Source: an uncultured Sphingopyxis sp. (GTDB lineage: Bacteria; Pseudomonadota; Alphaproteobacteria; Sphingomonadales; Sphingomonadaceae). From it: a stretch of DNA of 57,425 nucleotides. The stretch is taken from NCBI GenBank assembly GCA_937957805.1, contig CALFXW010000196.1:1-57425 (forward strand). The letters are read 5' to 3'. Numbering within the stretch: position 1 is the stretch's first letter; every line of letters begins with the position of its first letter. Positions 9,606-19,398 of the stretch are shown in pieces. Under the pieces are notes generated by a model. It was not told where the DNA came from. It saw only the letters and a list, made by a program, of their open reading frames with translations, and did no database searches. The position numbers and the translations under genes were made by a program.

Positions 9606-11380
9606 TGGAGGGGGCGGGGCATAATCTGGTTGCCGAAGGGGCGCCATTGCTCGGCTTTGCGCTAATTTTCGTACTATTGTTTCGCCGTTTGGGCCTGGGG
9701 GCGACGCTGGGGTATCTGGTCGCGGGCGCGCTTGTCGGCCCGCAATTGCTCGGCTGGGTTGGCGGAGCAGAAGCAAAATTGGGCATCGCCGAATTTGGCA
9801 TCGCGCTCCTCCTCTTCCTCGTCGGGCTGGAGTTGTCGCCCGGCCGGCTATGGGCTCTGCGCCGCGATATTTTCGGGTTGGGATTGGCACAGGTGGTGGC
9901 GTCCGGCATCGTCATTGCCCTGCTCGTCGCGCTGCTCGCCAGCTTTTCCCCCGCCGCCGCATTGGCGCTCGGGCTGCCGCTCGCGCTTTCATCGACCGCG
10001 CAGGTGCTCCCCCTCCTCCAATCGGCTGGGCGATTAAAGACCCCCTTTGGCGAGCGTGCCTTTGCAATTTTGCTGTTTCAGGATTTGTCGATTGTCCCAC
10101 TGATTACGATTATCGCGGTGCTCTCCCGCGCGCCCGCGCCAGCGGGCGCAACGCCCGGCCCCCTGCTCGCGCTCTATACATTGGTGGCGATTGTCGCGCT
10201 GATTCTTGCCGGACGATATTTGCTGCGCCCATTATTCCAGTTGATCGGGCGCTGGGGCGAACGTGAATTATTTGTTTTCGCAGGGCTTTTTACAGTGGTG
10301 ATGAGCGCGGCGGTGATGCAGTCGCTCGGTCTTTCGACCGCGCTTGGTGCCTTCATCGCCGGGGTGATGCTGGCCGATAGCCCCTACCGTCATGAGCTGG
10401 AAGCGGACATCGAGCCCTTTCGGTCCATCCTGCTGGGGCTGTTTTTCCTCGCAGTCGGCATGCTGCTCGACCTTCATGCCATCGCCGACCACCCCTTGTT
10501 CGTCATCGGCATGGCCTTGGTGTTGATTGCTGCCAAGACAGGGGTGATTTTTGCGATTGGGCTCGCCTTTCGGCTGGGCTGGCGGCAAGCGCTGGCGCTC
10601 GGCCTCCTCCTCTCACAAGGGGGTGAATTTGCCTTTGTCCTGTTCGCCCATGCGCAGGCAGCATTGTTGATCGCGCCTGAGGCAGCGAGCCTGTTTACCG
10701 CCATCGTCACGCTGTCGATGGCGACCACGCCTTTTTTGATGAAATTGGCGCGCCCATTGCGCAGCGACGCTGTTCCCGGCGCGACCGGTGAACGCGACGC
10801 ACCCGTTGCCGATGGGGCAAATGCGCTGATTATCGGCTATGGACGCTTTGGCCAGACGGTCGGGCAGATGTTGGCGATACAGGGAATCAGCCTGACCTTA
10901 ATCGACCGCGACAGCGAAATGATCGACACGGCGGCTAATTTCGGTGCCAAAGTCTATTATGGTGATGGCACGCGGCTGGATCTACTCCGCCAAGCGGGCG
11001 CGGCGGAGGCGGAGATCATCCTCTTTTGCATCGATGGCGATCAGATTGATGCGGCATTGGCGCGCAGCGTTCATGAGGCATTTCCTGATGCTGCCCTGTT
11101 CATCCGCGCCTATGACCGCCGCGCGTTCCTGAAGTTACAGGGCGCGCCGGTTGACGGGATTGTTCGTGAAGTCATTGAATCCGCGGTGGTAATGGCGCGC
11201 CGCGCGATGGATGCTGTCGGCGTCGATGGCGAAGAAATATCGCGCACCGAAAGCCTTTACCGACAAGGCGACATCGAACGGTTGCGCGTGCAGGTGGCGG
11301 CGGGCGACCTTGCCGCCGGTCGGCCGAGCGCGATGGCAGAGGCCGCCGCCGCGCGTGCGGCAGAGGGGGAGGCAGGTTGA
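9605..11380 (+). CDS. CPA2 cation:proton antiporter (KefB/KefC-like K+ efflux) with TrkA-N domain
   Basis: LSSTA, LLFQD, ELEADIEPFR, SQGGEFAF, then GYGRFG and YGDGTR Rossmann domain. Confidence 0.93.
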   Translation: MEGAGHNLVAEGAPLLGFALIFVLLFRRLGLGATLGYLVAGALVGPQLLGWVGGAEAKLGIAEFGIALLLFLVGLELSPGRLWALRRDIFGLGLAQVVASGIVIALLVALLASFSPAAALALGLPLALSSTAQVLPLLQSAGRLKTPFGERAFAILLFQDLSIVPLITIIAVLSRAPAPAGATPGPLLALYTLVAIVALILAGRYLLRPLFQLIGRWGERELFVFAGLFTVVMSAAVMQSLGLSTALGAFIAGVMLADSPYRHELEADIEPFRSILLGLFFLAVGMLLDLHAIADHPLFVIGMALVLIAAKTGVIFAIGLAFRLGWRQALALGLLLSQGGEFAFVLFAHAQAALLIAPEAASLFTAIVTLSMATTPFLMKLARPLRSDAVPGATGERDAPVADGANALIIGYGRFGQTVGQMLAIQGISLTLIDRDSEMIDTAANFGAKVYYGDGTRLDLLRQAGAAEAEIILFCIDGDQIDAALARSVHEAFPDAALFIRAYDRRAFLKLQGAPVDGIVREVIESAVVMARRAMDAVGVDGEEISRTESLYRQGDIERLRVQVAAGDLAAGRPSAMAEAAAARAAEGEAG

Positions 11381-11712
11381 TGCGCAGCAGCGGTTTCTGG
11401 GCGGCGATATGCGCGGCCATGGCGATTGGTGCAGGCGCATTTGGCGCGCATGCAGCGCCGGTTGTTGCCGCCGCCTTGCTCAAAACCGGCAGTCTTTATC
11501 AATTGAGCCATGCCATCGCTGCGCTGGTGCTGCGCGAAAAACACCCGCGCACTGCCTTCATATTGCTGGTTGGCAGCAATATTTTTGCGATCAGCCTCTA
11601 TGCGTTGGCGCTGGGCGCGCCGCGCGGGCTGGGGGCGGTAACCCCGATCGGCGGCATGTTGATGATCGGCGGGTGGATTTGCGCTGCTATCGGCTTTGCG
11701 CGCAAGGGCTGA
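11380..11712 (+). CDS. DUF423 family membrane protein
   Basis: GAFGAH, YQLSHA, GAVTPIGG. Confidence 0.9.
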   Translation: MRSSGFWAAICAAMAIGAGAFGAHAAPVVAAALLKTGSLYQLSHAIAALVLREKHPRTAFILLVGSNIFAISLYALALGAPRGLGAVTPIGGMLMIGGWICAAIGFARKG

Positions 11713-12816
11713 TTATTCGGCGTCGTCCAAAAACGCCGCGACATCGGCCAGATCGATATCTGCCGCCACAAAGCTCATCCCGATGCCGCGCGCCAATATG
11801 AAGGGGACACACCCGCCAACCGCCTTTTTATCATGTGCCATATGGGCAACGAGGCGCGTGCCATCCGCCTTTATCCCCGCGCTCGCGAGGCTGTGTGGCA
11901 GCCCGATTTCCGCCAGATGCGCGCGCACCCGCGCGGCGTCCGCCGCCGAGCATAGACCGCGCCGCACCGAATAGCCAAAGGCGAGCGCCATGCCCGCCGC
12001 CACCGCTTCGCCATGGAGCAAGGTGTCGGAAAATCCGGCCTCCGCCTCCAGCGCATGGCCGAAAGTGTGACCAAGGTTGAGCAGCGCGCGCACCCCGCGC
12101 GTTTCGCGTTCATCTGCCGCAACAATCACTGCCTTGGCGCGCACCGACCGGTGGATGGCATGCACCTGCGCGGCGCGGTCGCCCGCCAGCAATTGCGCGC
12201 CATTTTGCGTGCACCAGTCGAAGAAGGCTGCGTCATCGATCAGGCCATATTTGACCACTTCGGCATAGCCTGCGCGCATTTGGCGCGGCGGCAGGGTGGA
12301 AAGCACCTCAGGGTCAATGAGGACGAGCGCGGGCTGATGAAACTGGCCGATCAGATTCTTGCCCGCCGCAGTATTGATCGCCGTCTTGCCGCCGACTGAT
12401 GAGTCGACGTCGGCCAATAATGTCGTCGGTATCTGCACAAAGGCACAGCCGCGTTTCAATATCGCGCTGGCGAAGCCAACAAGGTCGCCGACCACCCCGC
12501 CACCCAATGCGATGATATGGTCGCTGCGTTCGACCCCCAGTGCAATCAGATCATCGCACAGCTTTGCCAGTCCATCCCAGCTTTTGCTGGCTTCGCCCGA
12601 TGGGATGATGATGGCATGGCTGGCAATCCCCGCGCGATTAAGCGCGGCTTGCACATGTTCAAGATGCGCCGTGACATTGGCATCGGCGATGATGGTAAGC
12701 GGGCGGCCTTTGCTCAGCGGGCTGAGGTAATCGGCCGCGCGACGCAGCAATCCGGCCCCGATGACAATGTCATAGGGACGATCGGTCAGCGCCACCGGGA
12801 CGATGATGTCGCTCAT
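11713..12816 (-). CDS. aroB: 3-dehydroquinate synthase
   Basis: GGGVVGDL, PTTLLA.VDSSVGGKT, LNLGHTFGHA, HGEAV. Confidence 0.97.
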   Translation of the reverse strand: MSDIIVPVALTDRPYDIVIGAGLLRRAADYLSPLSKGRPLTIIADANVTAHLEHVQAALNRAGIASHAIIIPSGEASKSWDGLAKLCDDLIALGVERSDHIIALGGGVVGDLVGFASAILKRGCAFVQIPTTLLADVDSSVGGKTAINTAAGKNLIGQFHQPALVLIDPEVLSTLPPRQMRAGYAEVVKYGLIDDAAFFDWCTQNGAQLLAGDRAAQVHAIHRSVRAKAVIVAADERETRGVRALLNLGHTFGHALEAEAGFSDTLLHGEAVAAGMALAFGYSVRRGLCSAADAARVRAHLAEIGLPHSLASAGIKADGTRLVAHMAHDKKAVGGCVPFILARGIGMSFVAADIDLADVAAFLDDAE

Positions 12817-13406
12817 GCCAAATAATCCTCCAGCGCCAGCATTATGGCGTCCAATGTCCGTTTGTGCGGCCCCGCGTCCGATGCCACATGGATATGCGCC
12901 ATCGCATAAGCATCGCGCCGTTCGGCGCATAATCGTTCCAATGTTGCGGAAGGGTCGCCAGTGCGCAGCAGCGGGCGATGGTCGCGCCGCGATGTGCGTT
13001 CGACCAGCGTTTCAACCGATGCGTCGAGCCAGATAACAATACCGCGCGCCAATATATCGTCGCGGGTCGCGGGTTGGACAAAGGCACCGCCGCCGGTTGC
13101 CAATACGCATGGGCCATGGCCGAGCAGGCGGGCGATTACCCGCCGTTCACCATCGCGAAAATAATCCTCCCCATCACGGGCGAAAATTTCCGAAATGCTG
13201 GATTGTGCAGCCGTTTCAATCGCTTCGTCGGCATCATGAAAGGGAATGTGGAGCCGCGCGGCGAGCCGCCTGCCAATGCTCGACTTGCCCGAACCCATCA
13301 TACCAACCAGCACCAGTGGCTTTTTGAGCCGCGCGGTCAGCCGGCGCACATCACCCATATAGGCGGCGTCCGATGGTTCGGGCGGGGCAGGCGGGCAATC
13401 GACCAT
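12813..13406 (-). CDS. aroK: Shikimate kinase
   Basis: GMMGSGKSS P-loop, GEDYFR, ATGGG, RPLL. Start uncertain. Confidence 0.95.
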   Translation of the reverse strand: MVDCPPAPPEPSDAAYMGDVRRLTARLKKPLVLVGMMGSGKSSIGRRLAARLHIPFHDADEAIETAAQSSISEIFARDGEDYFRDGERRVIARLLGHGPCVLATGGGAFVQPATRDDILARGIVIWLDASVETLVERTSRRDHRPLLRTGDPSATLERLCAERRDAYAMAHIHVASDAGPHKRTLDAIMLALEDYLA

Positions 13407-13512
13407 GGTCGCAGCGCTTAAGATGCATTTGATGCACATGCAATTGCGCGGGCGCGCGCGCGCTGATACGGGGAGCGTGGATTGCACGGTTTCAAAAGGA
13501 TGGTGAGGGGCA

Positions 13513-15366
13513 GTGGCGGGTATCGGGCGCAGCCATATTTGGATGGGGACGGCGGCGGTCTTGTTCGCATTGCCGCTGGTTGTTCCCGCGCTTGCGCAGG
13601 AAAGCTTGCTACCGCCGGGGTTTAATGCGCCGCCCGCCCGGCCTAGCCCCAGTCCATCGCCCGCACCCAGTCCGTCACCCACCCCGCGCGCAACCCCCAG
13701 TCCGTCAGCGCCGCCCAGTGGCGGCACCGCGCGACCTGCCGCGCCGCGCGCCGCCAATGGCGCGGCGCCTGCCCCCAGTTTGGCACCATCGCTGACGGGC
13801 GATGCCCCGCTGTCCACCGACGATGCTGCGCTGATGGGGGAGGAGGCTTTGCCGCCACCCCCGCCGCGATATGACCTGCCGCCCGGTTCGCGCCGTTTGC
13901 TGAGCCGGGTCGGCCCGCTGACCGCAGCCGAGGGTAGCCTCAGCCCCAATGCCTTTGGCAATCGCGGCATTTTTGTTACCCAGTTGATGGATAAAATGGG
14001 CGCAACCAGCGTGTCGCGCTGGGCCAGCATCCTATTGCGCCGGACGCTGTTGTCGTCGGTTGATGCGCCGTCCAATATCAATGGCGCGGATTTTGTCGCG
14101 GCGCGGGCATGGCTGTTGCTGCGCCAAGGCGAATCCCCTGCCGCGCGGATGTTGGTGCAGTCGGTCGATGTGGACAGGGCAAGCCCACGATTAAAGGCCG
14201 TCGCCCTGCAGGTGGCGCTCGCCAACGCCGACCCGGCTGGCGTGTGCAGTTACACCCCCGCGATGGTCGGCACCAACCCGACATGGGACATGGCGCACGC
14301 CATGTGTTCATCACTCATCGGGGAAAGTGGCCCGGCAGGTGCGATTATCGAACGGGTGCGGCGGCGCGGACAGGCCCCTGCCATTGACGTAAAACTGGCC
14401 GAAAAAATCGTCGGCGCGGGCGCGAACAGCAACCGCAATGTGACGGTGCGCTGGGATAATGTCAGCAGCTTGACCAGTTGGCGCTTTGGCTTGGCGAGCG
14501 CTGGCGGGCTGGATATTCCGGACAATCTGTGGACGGGGGCCGATGCATCCATGCGCGGATGGGCATTGCACACCGCGATGGTTTCGCCCGAACGGCGCTG
14601 GTCTTTGGCAGCAGAGGGCGCGCGGCGTGGCTGGCTGTCTTCGCGCGCCTATGTCGATATGTTGAGCGCTGCCGAAGCTGCCGATGAACCCACCACTGAT
14701 GTAATCGACAAGGGGCAATATCTGCGCGGTGCCTTTACCTATGTGCGCCGGGCAGACCGGATATCGGCGATCGAATCGCTGTTGAGTCTGGAACAGGATC
14801 GTTATTCCGGACTGGTGCTCAGCGCGCGCGCGGCGGCGCGGATCGGCCCGGCAGATGTCAGCGATGCGGACGCTGCGTTGCTGTTGTCGGCCATGTTTGC
14901 CGGCGGGCTGGACAATAATGCGATGGCATGGGCACCCAATGTTGCGGTCGGCAGCGCAGCGTGGGGCCTGCTGGCGGTGGGGTCGCCGCGCCCGCTGCTC
15001 GGCACTGACCCGGGCGACATAAATGAATATGCAGGCGGTGACGACAGCAGTGATAAATTGCGCACACGCTTTCTGGCTGCCGCGTTGATCGGTCTCGGCC
15101 GGATCAATGCGGAACAGGGGGCGGAAGTCGCACGGGAACATGGCCTGAACCTCAATCAGCAAAGTCGCTGGAGCCAAGCAATTGATATTGCAGCTGAACG
15201 TGGGGAGGCTGGAACGGTGGCCCTGCTCGCCGCAATCGGCCTTCAGGGGCGCGGCTGGGACGGCGTTCCCCCCTATCACCTTTATCACATCACCCGCGCC
15301 TTGCGGCAGGTGGGCTTGGGGCCGGAAGCCCGCATGATCGCGGCAGAGGCATTGACCCGCGTTTAG
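13513..15366 (+). CDS. Exported helical-repeat hypothetical protein with Pro-rich N-terminus
   Basis: Signal peptide (ALAQESLLPPGF), PS/PA-rich linker, helical body, C-terminal ARMIAAEAL. Sits upstream of xerD. Confidence 0.8.
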   Translation: MAGIGRSHIWMGTAAVLFALPLVVPALAQESLLPPGFNAPPARPSPSPSPAPSPSPTPRATPSPSAPPSGGTARPAAPRAANGAAPAPSLAPSLTGDAPLSTDDAALMGEEALPPPPPRYDLPPGSRRLLSRVGPLTAAEGSLSPNAFGNRGIFVTQLMDKMGATSVSRWASILLRRTLLSSVDAPSNINGADFVAARAWLLLRQGESPAARMLVQSVDVDRASPRLKAVALQVALANADPAGVCSYTPAMVGTNPTWDMAHAMCSSLIGESGPAGAIIERVRRRGQAPAIDVKLAEKIVGAGANSNRNVTVRWDNVSSLTSWRFGLASAGGLDIPDNLWTGADASMRGWALHTAMVSPERRWSLAAEGARRGWLSSRAYVDMLSAAEAADEPTTDVIDKGQYLRGAFTYVRRADRISAIESLLSLEQDRYSGLVLSARAAARIGPADVSDADAALLLSAMFAGGLDNNAMAWAPNVAVGSAAWGLLAVGSPRPLLGTDPGDINEYAGGDDSSDKLRTRFLAAALIGLGRINAEQGAEVAREHGLNLNQQSRWSQAIDIAAERGEAGTVALLAAIGLQGRGWDGVPPYHLYHITRALRQVGLGPEARMIAAEALTRV

Positions 15367-15377
15367 CGGTCGGGGCG

Positions 15378-16310
15378 ATGGCGCGCGGTCGGCCCAAAAC
15401 AACCCTTCGCACCAGCGATGCAGATTTGGCCCTGATCGGGCGTTTTGCTGAAATGCTCGCCGCTGATCGGGGGTCCAGCCCGCTGACCATCAGCGCCTAT
15501 ACGCGTGATTTATCGCAGCTCGCCGACAATATTTTCCCCATCGCGTTGGACGAAGTGACGCCAGATGATTTGCGCCGAGCATTGGCCGCGATGGCGGGGC
15601 TGGCCGCATCCACCCAAGCGCGCAAAATGGCAGCAATAGCGGGTTTCTTTGCCTTTTTGGAGGAGGAGGGGTTGCGCGGTGACAACCCGGCGATGGCGCT
15701 TGCCCGGCCGGTGCGCCAACGGCCGCTACCCCGCCTCCTCTCCCATGCTGATATTGCCACCCTCTTTGCCTATCTGGAGGAAAGGGCGGCGGCTGGCGCA
15801 GCCGATGATGTGCGACTGCTGGCGCTGGTTGAATTGCTCTATGGCTCGGGGCTGCGCGCCAGCGAATTGGTCAATCTGCCGCGCCGGGCATGGAGCGCAC
15901 AGCGCGCATGGCTGATCGTGCGCGGCAAGGGGGGCAAGGAACGTATGGTGCCGGTTTCCACCCGCGCGCGCGCGGCTATCCGCGCATGGGCGGTACATGT
16001 CCCGGCAACTGCATCATTTCTTTTTCCAGCGGGGCAGGGGGCATTGTCGCGGGTGCGCCTGTTTCAGATGTTGCGCGCGGCGGCGGCGGCGGCAGGACTG
16101 GACCCCGCGAGCGTAAGCCCGCATGTGTTGCGCCACGCCTTTGCCACCCATTTGCTTGAAGGCGGAACAGATTTGCGCAGCCTGCAAAGCCTGCTCGGCC
16201 ATGCGGATATCGCAACGACCGAAATATATACCCATGTGGACAGCCGTCGCCTCGTCGATCTGGTAAATCAGCGGCACCCGCTCAGCAAATTGGCAAAGCG
16301 CAGCGGATGA
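15378..16310 (+). CDS. xerD: Tyrosine recombinase XerD
   Basis: LYGSGLRASE, GKGGKERMVP, PHVLRHAFATH, LGHADIATTEIYTH; aroK/xerD/accA context. Confidence 0.9.
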   Translation: MARGRPKTTLRTSDADLALIGRFAEMLAADRGSSPLTISAYTRDLSQLADNIFPIALDEVTPDDLRRALAAMAGLAASTQARKMAAIAGFFAFLEEEGLRGDNPAMALARPVRQRPLPRLLSHADIATLFAYLEERAAAGAADDVRLLALVELLYGSGLRASELVNLPRRAWSAQRAWLIVRGKGGKERMVPVSTRARAAIRAWAVHVPATASFLFPAGQGALSRVRLFQMLRAAAAAAGLDPASVSPHVLRHAFATHLLEGGTDLRSLQSLLGHADIATTEIYTHVDSRRLVDLVNQRHPLSKLAKRSG

Positions 16311-16359
16311 CGCGCAACATTGACGGGCGGGCGCGGCGCGCTTAGGCCACGGGGCAATT

Positions 16360-17307
16360 ATGATGCACTATCTCGAATTTGAACGGCCGATTGCCGCGCT
16401 GCGCGAACAAATTGATGCTTTGCGCAAAAGTGCGGACGAACAGGATATCGACGTCGCTGCCGAAATCGATAAGCTGGAGGGAAAGGCAATCGCGCAATTG
16501 CGCGACATTTACGCCAAATTGACCCCGTGGCAGAAAACCATGGTCGCGCGCCACCCGGACAGGCCACATTTCAACGCGCTGATCGCGGGCGTTTTCGACG
16601 ATTATATGCCGCTCGCAGGGGATCGTGCCTTTGGCGATGATCAGGCGATTTTGGGCGGACTGGCACGGCTCGACGGGCGGCGTGTGGTCGTTATCGGCCA
16701 TGAAAAGGGGCATGATACGCAAAGCCGCCTGCGCCACAATTTTGGCATGGGTAAGCCAGAGGGGTATCGAAAGGCGATCCGCCTGATGCAGCTTGCCGAA
16801 CGATTTGACCTGCCGGTGGTGACGTTGGTGGATACATCGGGCGCGTTTCCGGGGGTGGAGGCGGAAGAGCGTGGACAGGCCGAAGCCATCGCACGTTCGA
16901 CCGAACAATGTCTGGCTTTGGGCGTGCCGATGGTGGCAGCGGTAGTCGGCGAAGGCGGATCAGGCGGAGCAATCGCGCTCGCCGCCGCTGACAAGGTGTT
17001 GATGTTCGAACATGCCGTTTATGCGGTGATTTCGCCCGAAGGTTGTGCCTCCATCCTTTGGCGGACGGGTGAAAAGGCGGCTGATGCCGCTGCCGCCATG
17101 CGGGTGACGGCGCAAGATTTGGCGGCGCTCGGCGTTATCGACACCATCGTTGCCGAACCGCTGGGCGGCGCGCACCGTGACCCGGTGGCGGCGATGGCGG
17201 CGCTCAAAACGGCGCTGGTCAATGCATTGGATGGATTGGGCGATGTGCGCGGCGATGCTTTGCGTCACGCGCGGGAAGAAAAATTCCTCGCCATCGGGCG
17301 GATATAA
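16360..17307 (+). CDS. accA: Acetyl-CoA carboxylase carboxyltransferase alpha subunit
   Basis: LEFERPI, ARHPDRP, PEGYRKA, EERGQAEAIA, GEGGSGGA. Confidence 0.98.
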   Translation: MMHYLEFERPIAALREQIDALRKSADEQDIDVAAEIDKLEGKAIAQLRDIYAKLTPWQKTMVARHPDRPHFNALIAGVFDDYMPLAGDRAFGDDQAILGGLARLDGRRVVVIGHEKGHDTQSRLRHNFGMGKPEGYRKAIRLMQLAERFDLPVVTLVDTSGAFPGVEAEERGQAEAIARSTEQCLALGVPMVAAVVGEGGSGGAIALAAADKVLMFEHAVYAVISPEGCASILWRTGEKAADAAAAMRVTAQDLAALGVIDTIVAEPLGGAHRDPVAAMAALKTALVNALDGLGDVRGDALRHAREEKFLAIGRI

Positions 17308-17406
17308 GCGCCAAAGTTCGCGCTACCCCATCATTTTTGCACCATGACTTTGACGCACGGCGCGCGTCCGCTTATCCTTCGTCACAACCATAGAGGGAGC
17401 CGCTCG

Positions 17407-18918
17407 ATGCCGCATTTTCGTTCGATACTCACCCTGCCGCTGGTGATGGCATTGGCTCTGCCGACGGCGGGTGATGCGCGCACACGCCGCCCGGCGCAAC
17501 CCGCGCAGCCGCGCACTGTGCAGCCCTTTTCGAATGCGGAGCGACAACAGGGGGCGGAGGCACATCAACAGATAATGCGCGAATTTGGCGATGCCTACAC
17601 CGGCGCGCAGGCAGCCTATGTGCGCAATGTCGGGCAAAATATCGCGGTGCAGAGCGGACTGTCGAGCGCGCGCACCGATTTTACCGTCACCTTGCTCAAT
17701 TCCCCGGTCAATAACGCCTTCGCGCTGCCCGGCGGCTATATTTACACCACCCGTCAATTGCTGGCGCTGATGAATAATGAGGCGGAGCTGGCGGGCGTCC
17801 TGGGGCATGAGGTCGGCCATACCGCTGCACGTCACGCGCGCCAACGCGAAAGCCGTTCGCGCCGAAATGCGATATTGGGCGTGCTGGCGACCGTTTTGGG
17901 TGGGGCGATCGGCGATAATGGCGGACTGCTGGGCGGAATTGGCGGCTTTTTGCAGAATAATGCGATGCAGGCCGCGCAATTGGCAACGCTCAGCTTTTCG
18001 CGCAGCCAGGAAACCGAGGCGGATGATTTAGGTATCCGATATCTGGCGGGTGCAGGCTATGACCCGGCGGCACTTTCGACCGTGTTGGCCAGCCTAGCGG
18101 CGCAAAATGCGCTCGACGTGCAGGCATCGGGCCAAAGTGCACGCGCCATCCCCGAATGGGCGAGCACCCACCCTGACCCCGCCAGCCGCGTGCGTCGGGC
18201 GCTGGATGTTGCGCAAACGCTGCGGATCACCAACGGGCGCACCAACCGCGATGGCTTTATGACGGCGGTCAATGGCGTTCTCTATGGCGATGACCCGCAT
18301 CAGGGTGTGGTGGAGGGGCGCAATTTCCTCCACCCCGACCTGCGTTTGGGTTTCACAGTGCCCGGCGGCTACGGCATGCAAAATGGTACGACGCAGGTGG
18401 CGATTTCGGGCGAAGGCGGGCAGGCGATATTCACGACGCTTAGCTTTTCGGGGGACAGGGGCGATTATCTGCGGCGCGCCTTTGCCAGCGTTGCGGGCGA
18501 AAATGCGCGCATCCAGCCCAGCGAAATGCGCGAAACCAGCGTCAATGGCATCCCGGCCTTTTACGGGACCGCGCGGGTTAATTCTGGGCAGCAGGTCGTT
18601 GATCTCACCATTTTTGCTTATGCTTTTTCCGGCAATCAGGCGTTTCATTTTGCTGCGATTGCGCCTGCCGGGCGCACCAACCAGTGGGATGCGATGTTTG
18701 GCAGCGTCCGCCGGTTGAGCACCAGCGAAGCCGCAGCCATCCGTCCGCGCCGTATCAGCGTGGTCAGCGTGCGACGCGGCGACACGATTGCCAGCCTGTC
18801 GGGGCGCATGGCCTATGACAGTTTGCGCGAAGAAAGATTTCGCGTCCTCAATGCATTGGCGGCGGGTAGCGCGCTGGCGGTCGGGCAGCGGGTTAAAATC
18901 GTCACTTACGCCAATTAG
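17407..18918 (+). CDS. M48 family Zn metalloprotease with C-terminal LysM-like domain
   Basis: NAFALPGG, GHEVGH, FSRSQETEAD, STHP; C-terminal VRRGDTIASLS..LN..GQRVKIV. Confidence 0.92.
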   Translation: MPHFRSILTLPLVMALALPTAGDARTRRPAQPAQPRTVQPFSNAERQQGAEAHQQIMREFGDAYTGAQAAYVRNVGQNIAVQSGLSSARTDFTVTLLNSPVNNAFALPGGYIYTTRQLLALMNNEAELAGVLGHEVGHTAARHARQRESRSRRNAILGVLATVLGGAIGDNGGLLGGIGGFLQNNAMQAAQLATLSFSRSQETEADDLGIRYLAGAGYDPAALSTVLASLAAQNALDVQASGQSARAIPEWASTHPDPASRVRRALDVAQTLRITNGRTNRDGFMTAVNGVLYGDDPHQGVVEGRNFLHPDLRLGFTVPGGYGMQNGTTQVAISGEGGQAIFTTLSFSGDRGDYLRRAFASVAGENARIQPSEMRETSVNGIPAFYGTARVNSGQQVVDLTIFAYAFSGNQAFHFAAIAPAGRTNQWDAMFGSVRRLSTSEAAAIRPRRISVVSVRRGDTIASLSGRMAYDSLREERFRVLNALAAGSALAVGQRVKIVTYAN

Positions 18919-18937
18919 ATCTGCCATTTGTGCAAAC

Positions 18938-18974
18938 AAAAAGGGCAGGAACCATCATGGTTCCTGCCCTCTCT
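18938..18974 (-). terminator. Intrinsic terminator of the first pilin gene, possibly bidirectional
   Basis: 13-bp perfect stem agggcaggaacca/tggttcctgccct with an A-tract on the left (U-tract on the minus strand). Confidence 0.85.
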
Positions 18975-19023
18975 GTCTCTATCCGCTTCGCCGTTGACCG
19001 GCGATGCGCTCTAAGTTTGAGGC

Positions 19024-19182
19024 TTAGAGCTTGGCAGCGGCGTTGTTGAACGTGCCACGCACGCCCGTGCCAACTGCTTGGAAAGCGGCGATGCCGGCGA
19101 CGGCGATCAGAGCAGCGATCAGACCATATTCAATGGCGGTCGCGCCCTTGCTGTTGCGGATCAGTTTCACGAACTTCGACAT
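19024..19182 (-). CDS. flp: Flp family type IVb pilin (copy 1)
   Basis: KG|ATAIEYGLIAALIA prepilin cleavage/Flp motif; SD-like ggag upstream. Confidence 0.95.
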   Translation of the reverse strand: MSKFVKLIRNSKGATAIEYGLIAALIAVAGIAAFQAVGTGVRGTFNNAAAKL

Positions 19183-19268
19183 AATCTTTACTCCTGGACT
19201 CAAGCTCACATTTACCCGGCTGGTCCGGTTAAAAACCCTTCCAGCAACATTTGGTCTAGGGGCAAGAA

Positions 19269-19284
19269 GTTGACGACTGGTTAA
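19269..19284 (-). promoter_or_regulatory. CtrA-like box upstream of pilin copy 1
   Basis: Minus strand reads TTAA-ccagtcg-TCAAC (1 mismatch to TTAA-N7-TTAAC). An additional half-site GTTAA lies at 19228. Confidence 0.65.
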
Positions 19285-19341
19285 AATTCACGTCAAAAAA
19301 TGACACCATATTGGCGAAGATCATAAGTTGCTTGAGCATAG

Positions 19342-19369
19342 AAAAAGCGCCCGGAACATCCGGACGCTT
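19342..19369 (-). terminator. Intrinsic terminator of pilin copy 2
   Basis: Minus strand aagcgtccgga-tgt-tccgggcgc-ttttt. Confidence 0.8.
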
Positions 19370-19398
19370 CCCATTGCAACAGCGCTAAACGCCTTCGC

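Noticed and set aside
13620-13800. Short tandem repeats (cccagtcc..) and similar repeats near 25740-26120, 36390-36490 and 42840-42980 as CRISPR or VNTR
   Set aside because: They are in-frame codons of Pro-rich or R/D-rich linkers, with no repeat-spacer periodicity and no cas genes.
12813-14225. 470-aa ORF suggesting an N-terminally extended shikimate kinase
   Set aside because: The extension is the antisense shadow of the Pro-rich 13513-15366 gene; the kinase domain starts near 13406.
15378-16310. Tyrosine recombinase as a possible phage or island integrase
   Set aside because: XerD-like size and motifs, housekeeping aroK/accA context, and no att repeats or cargo genes.
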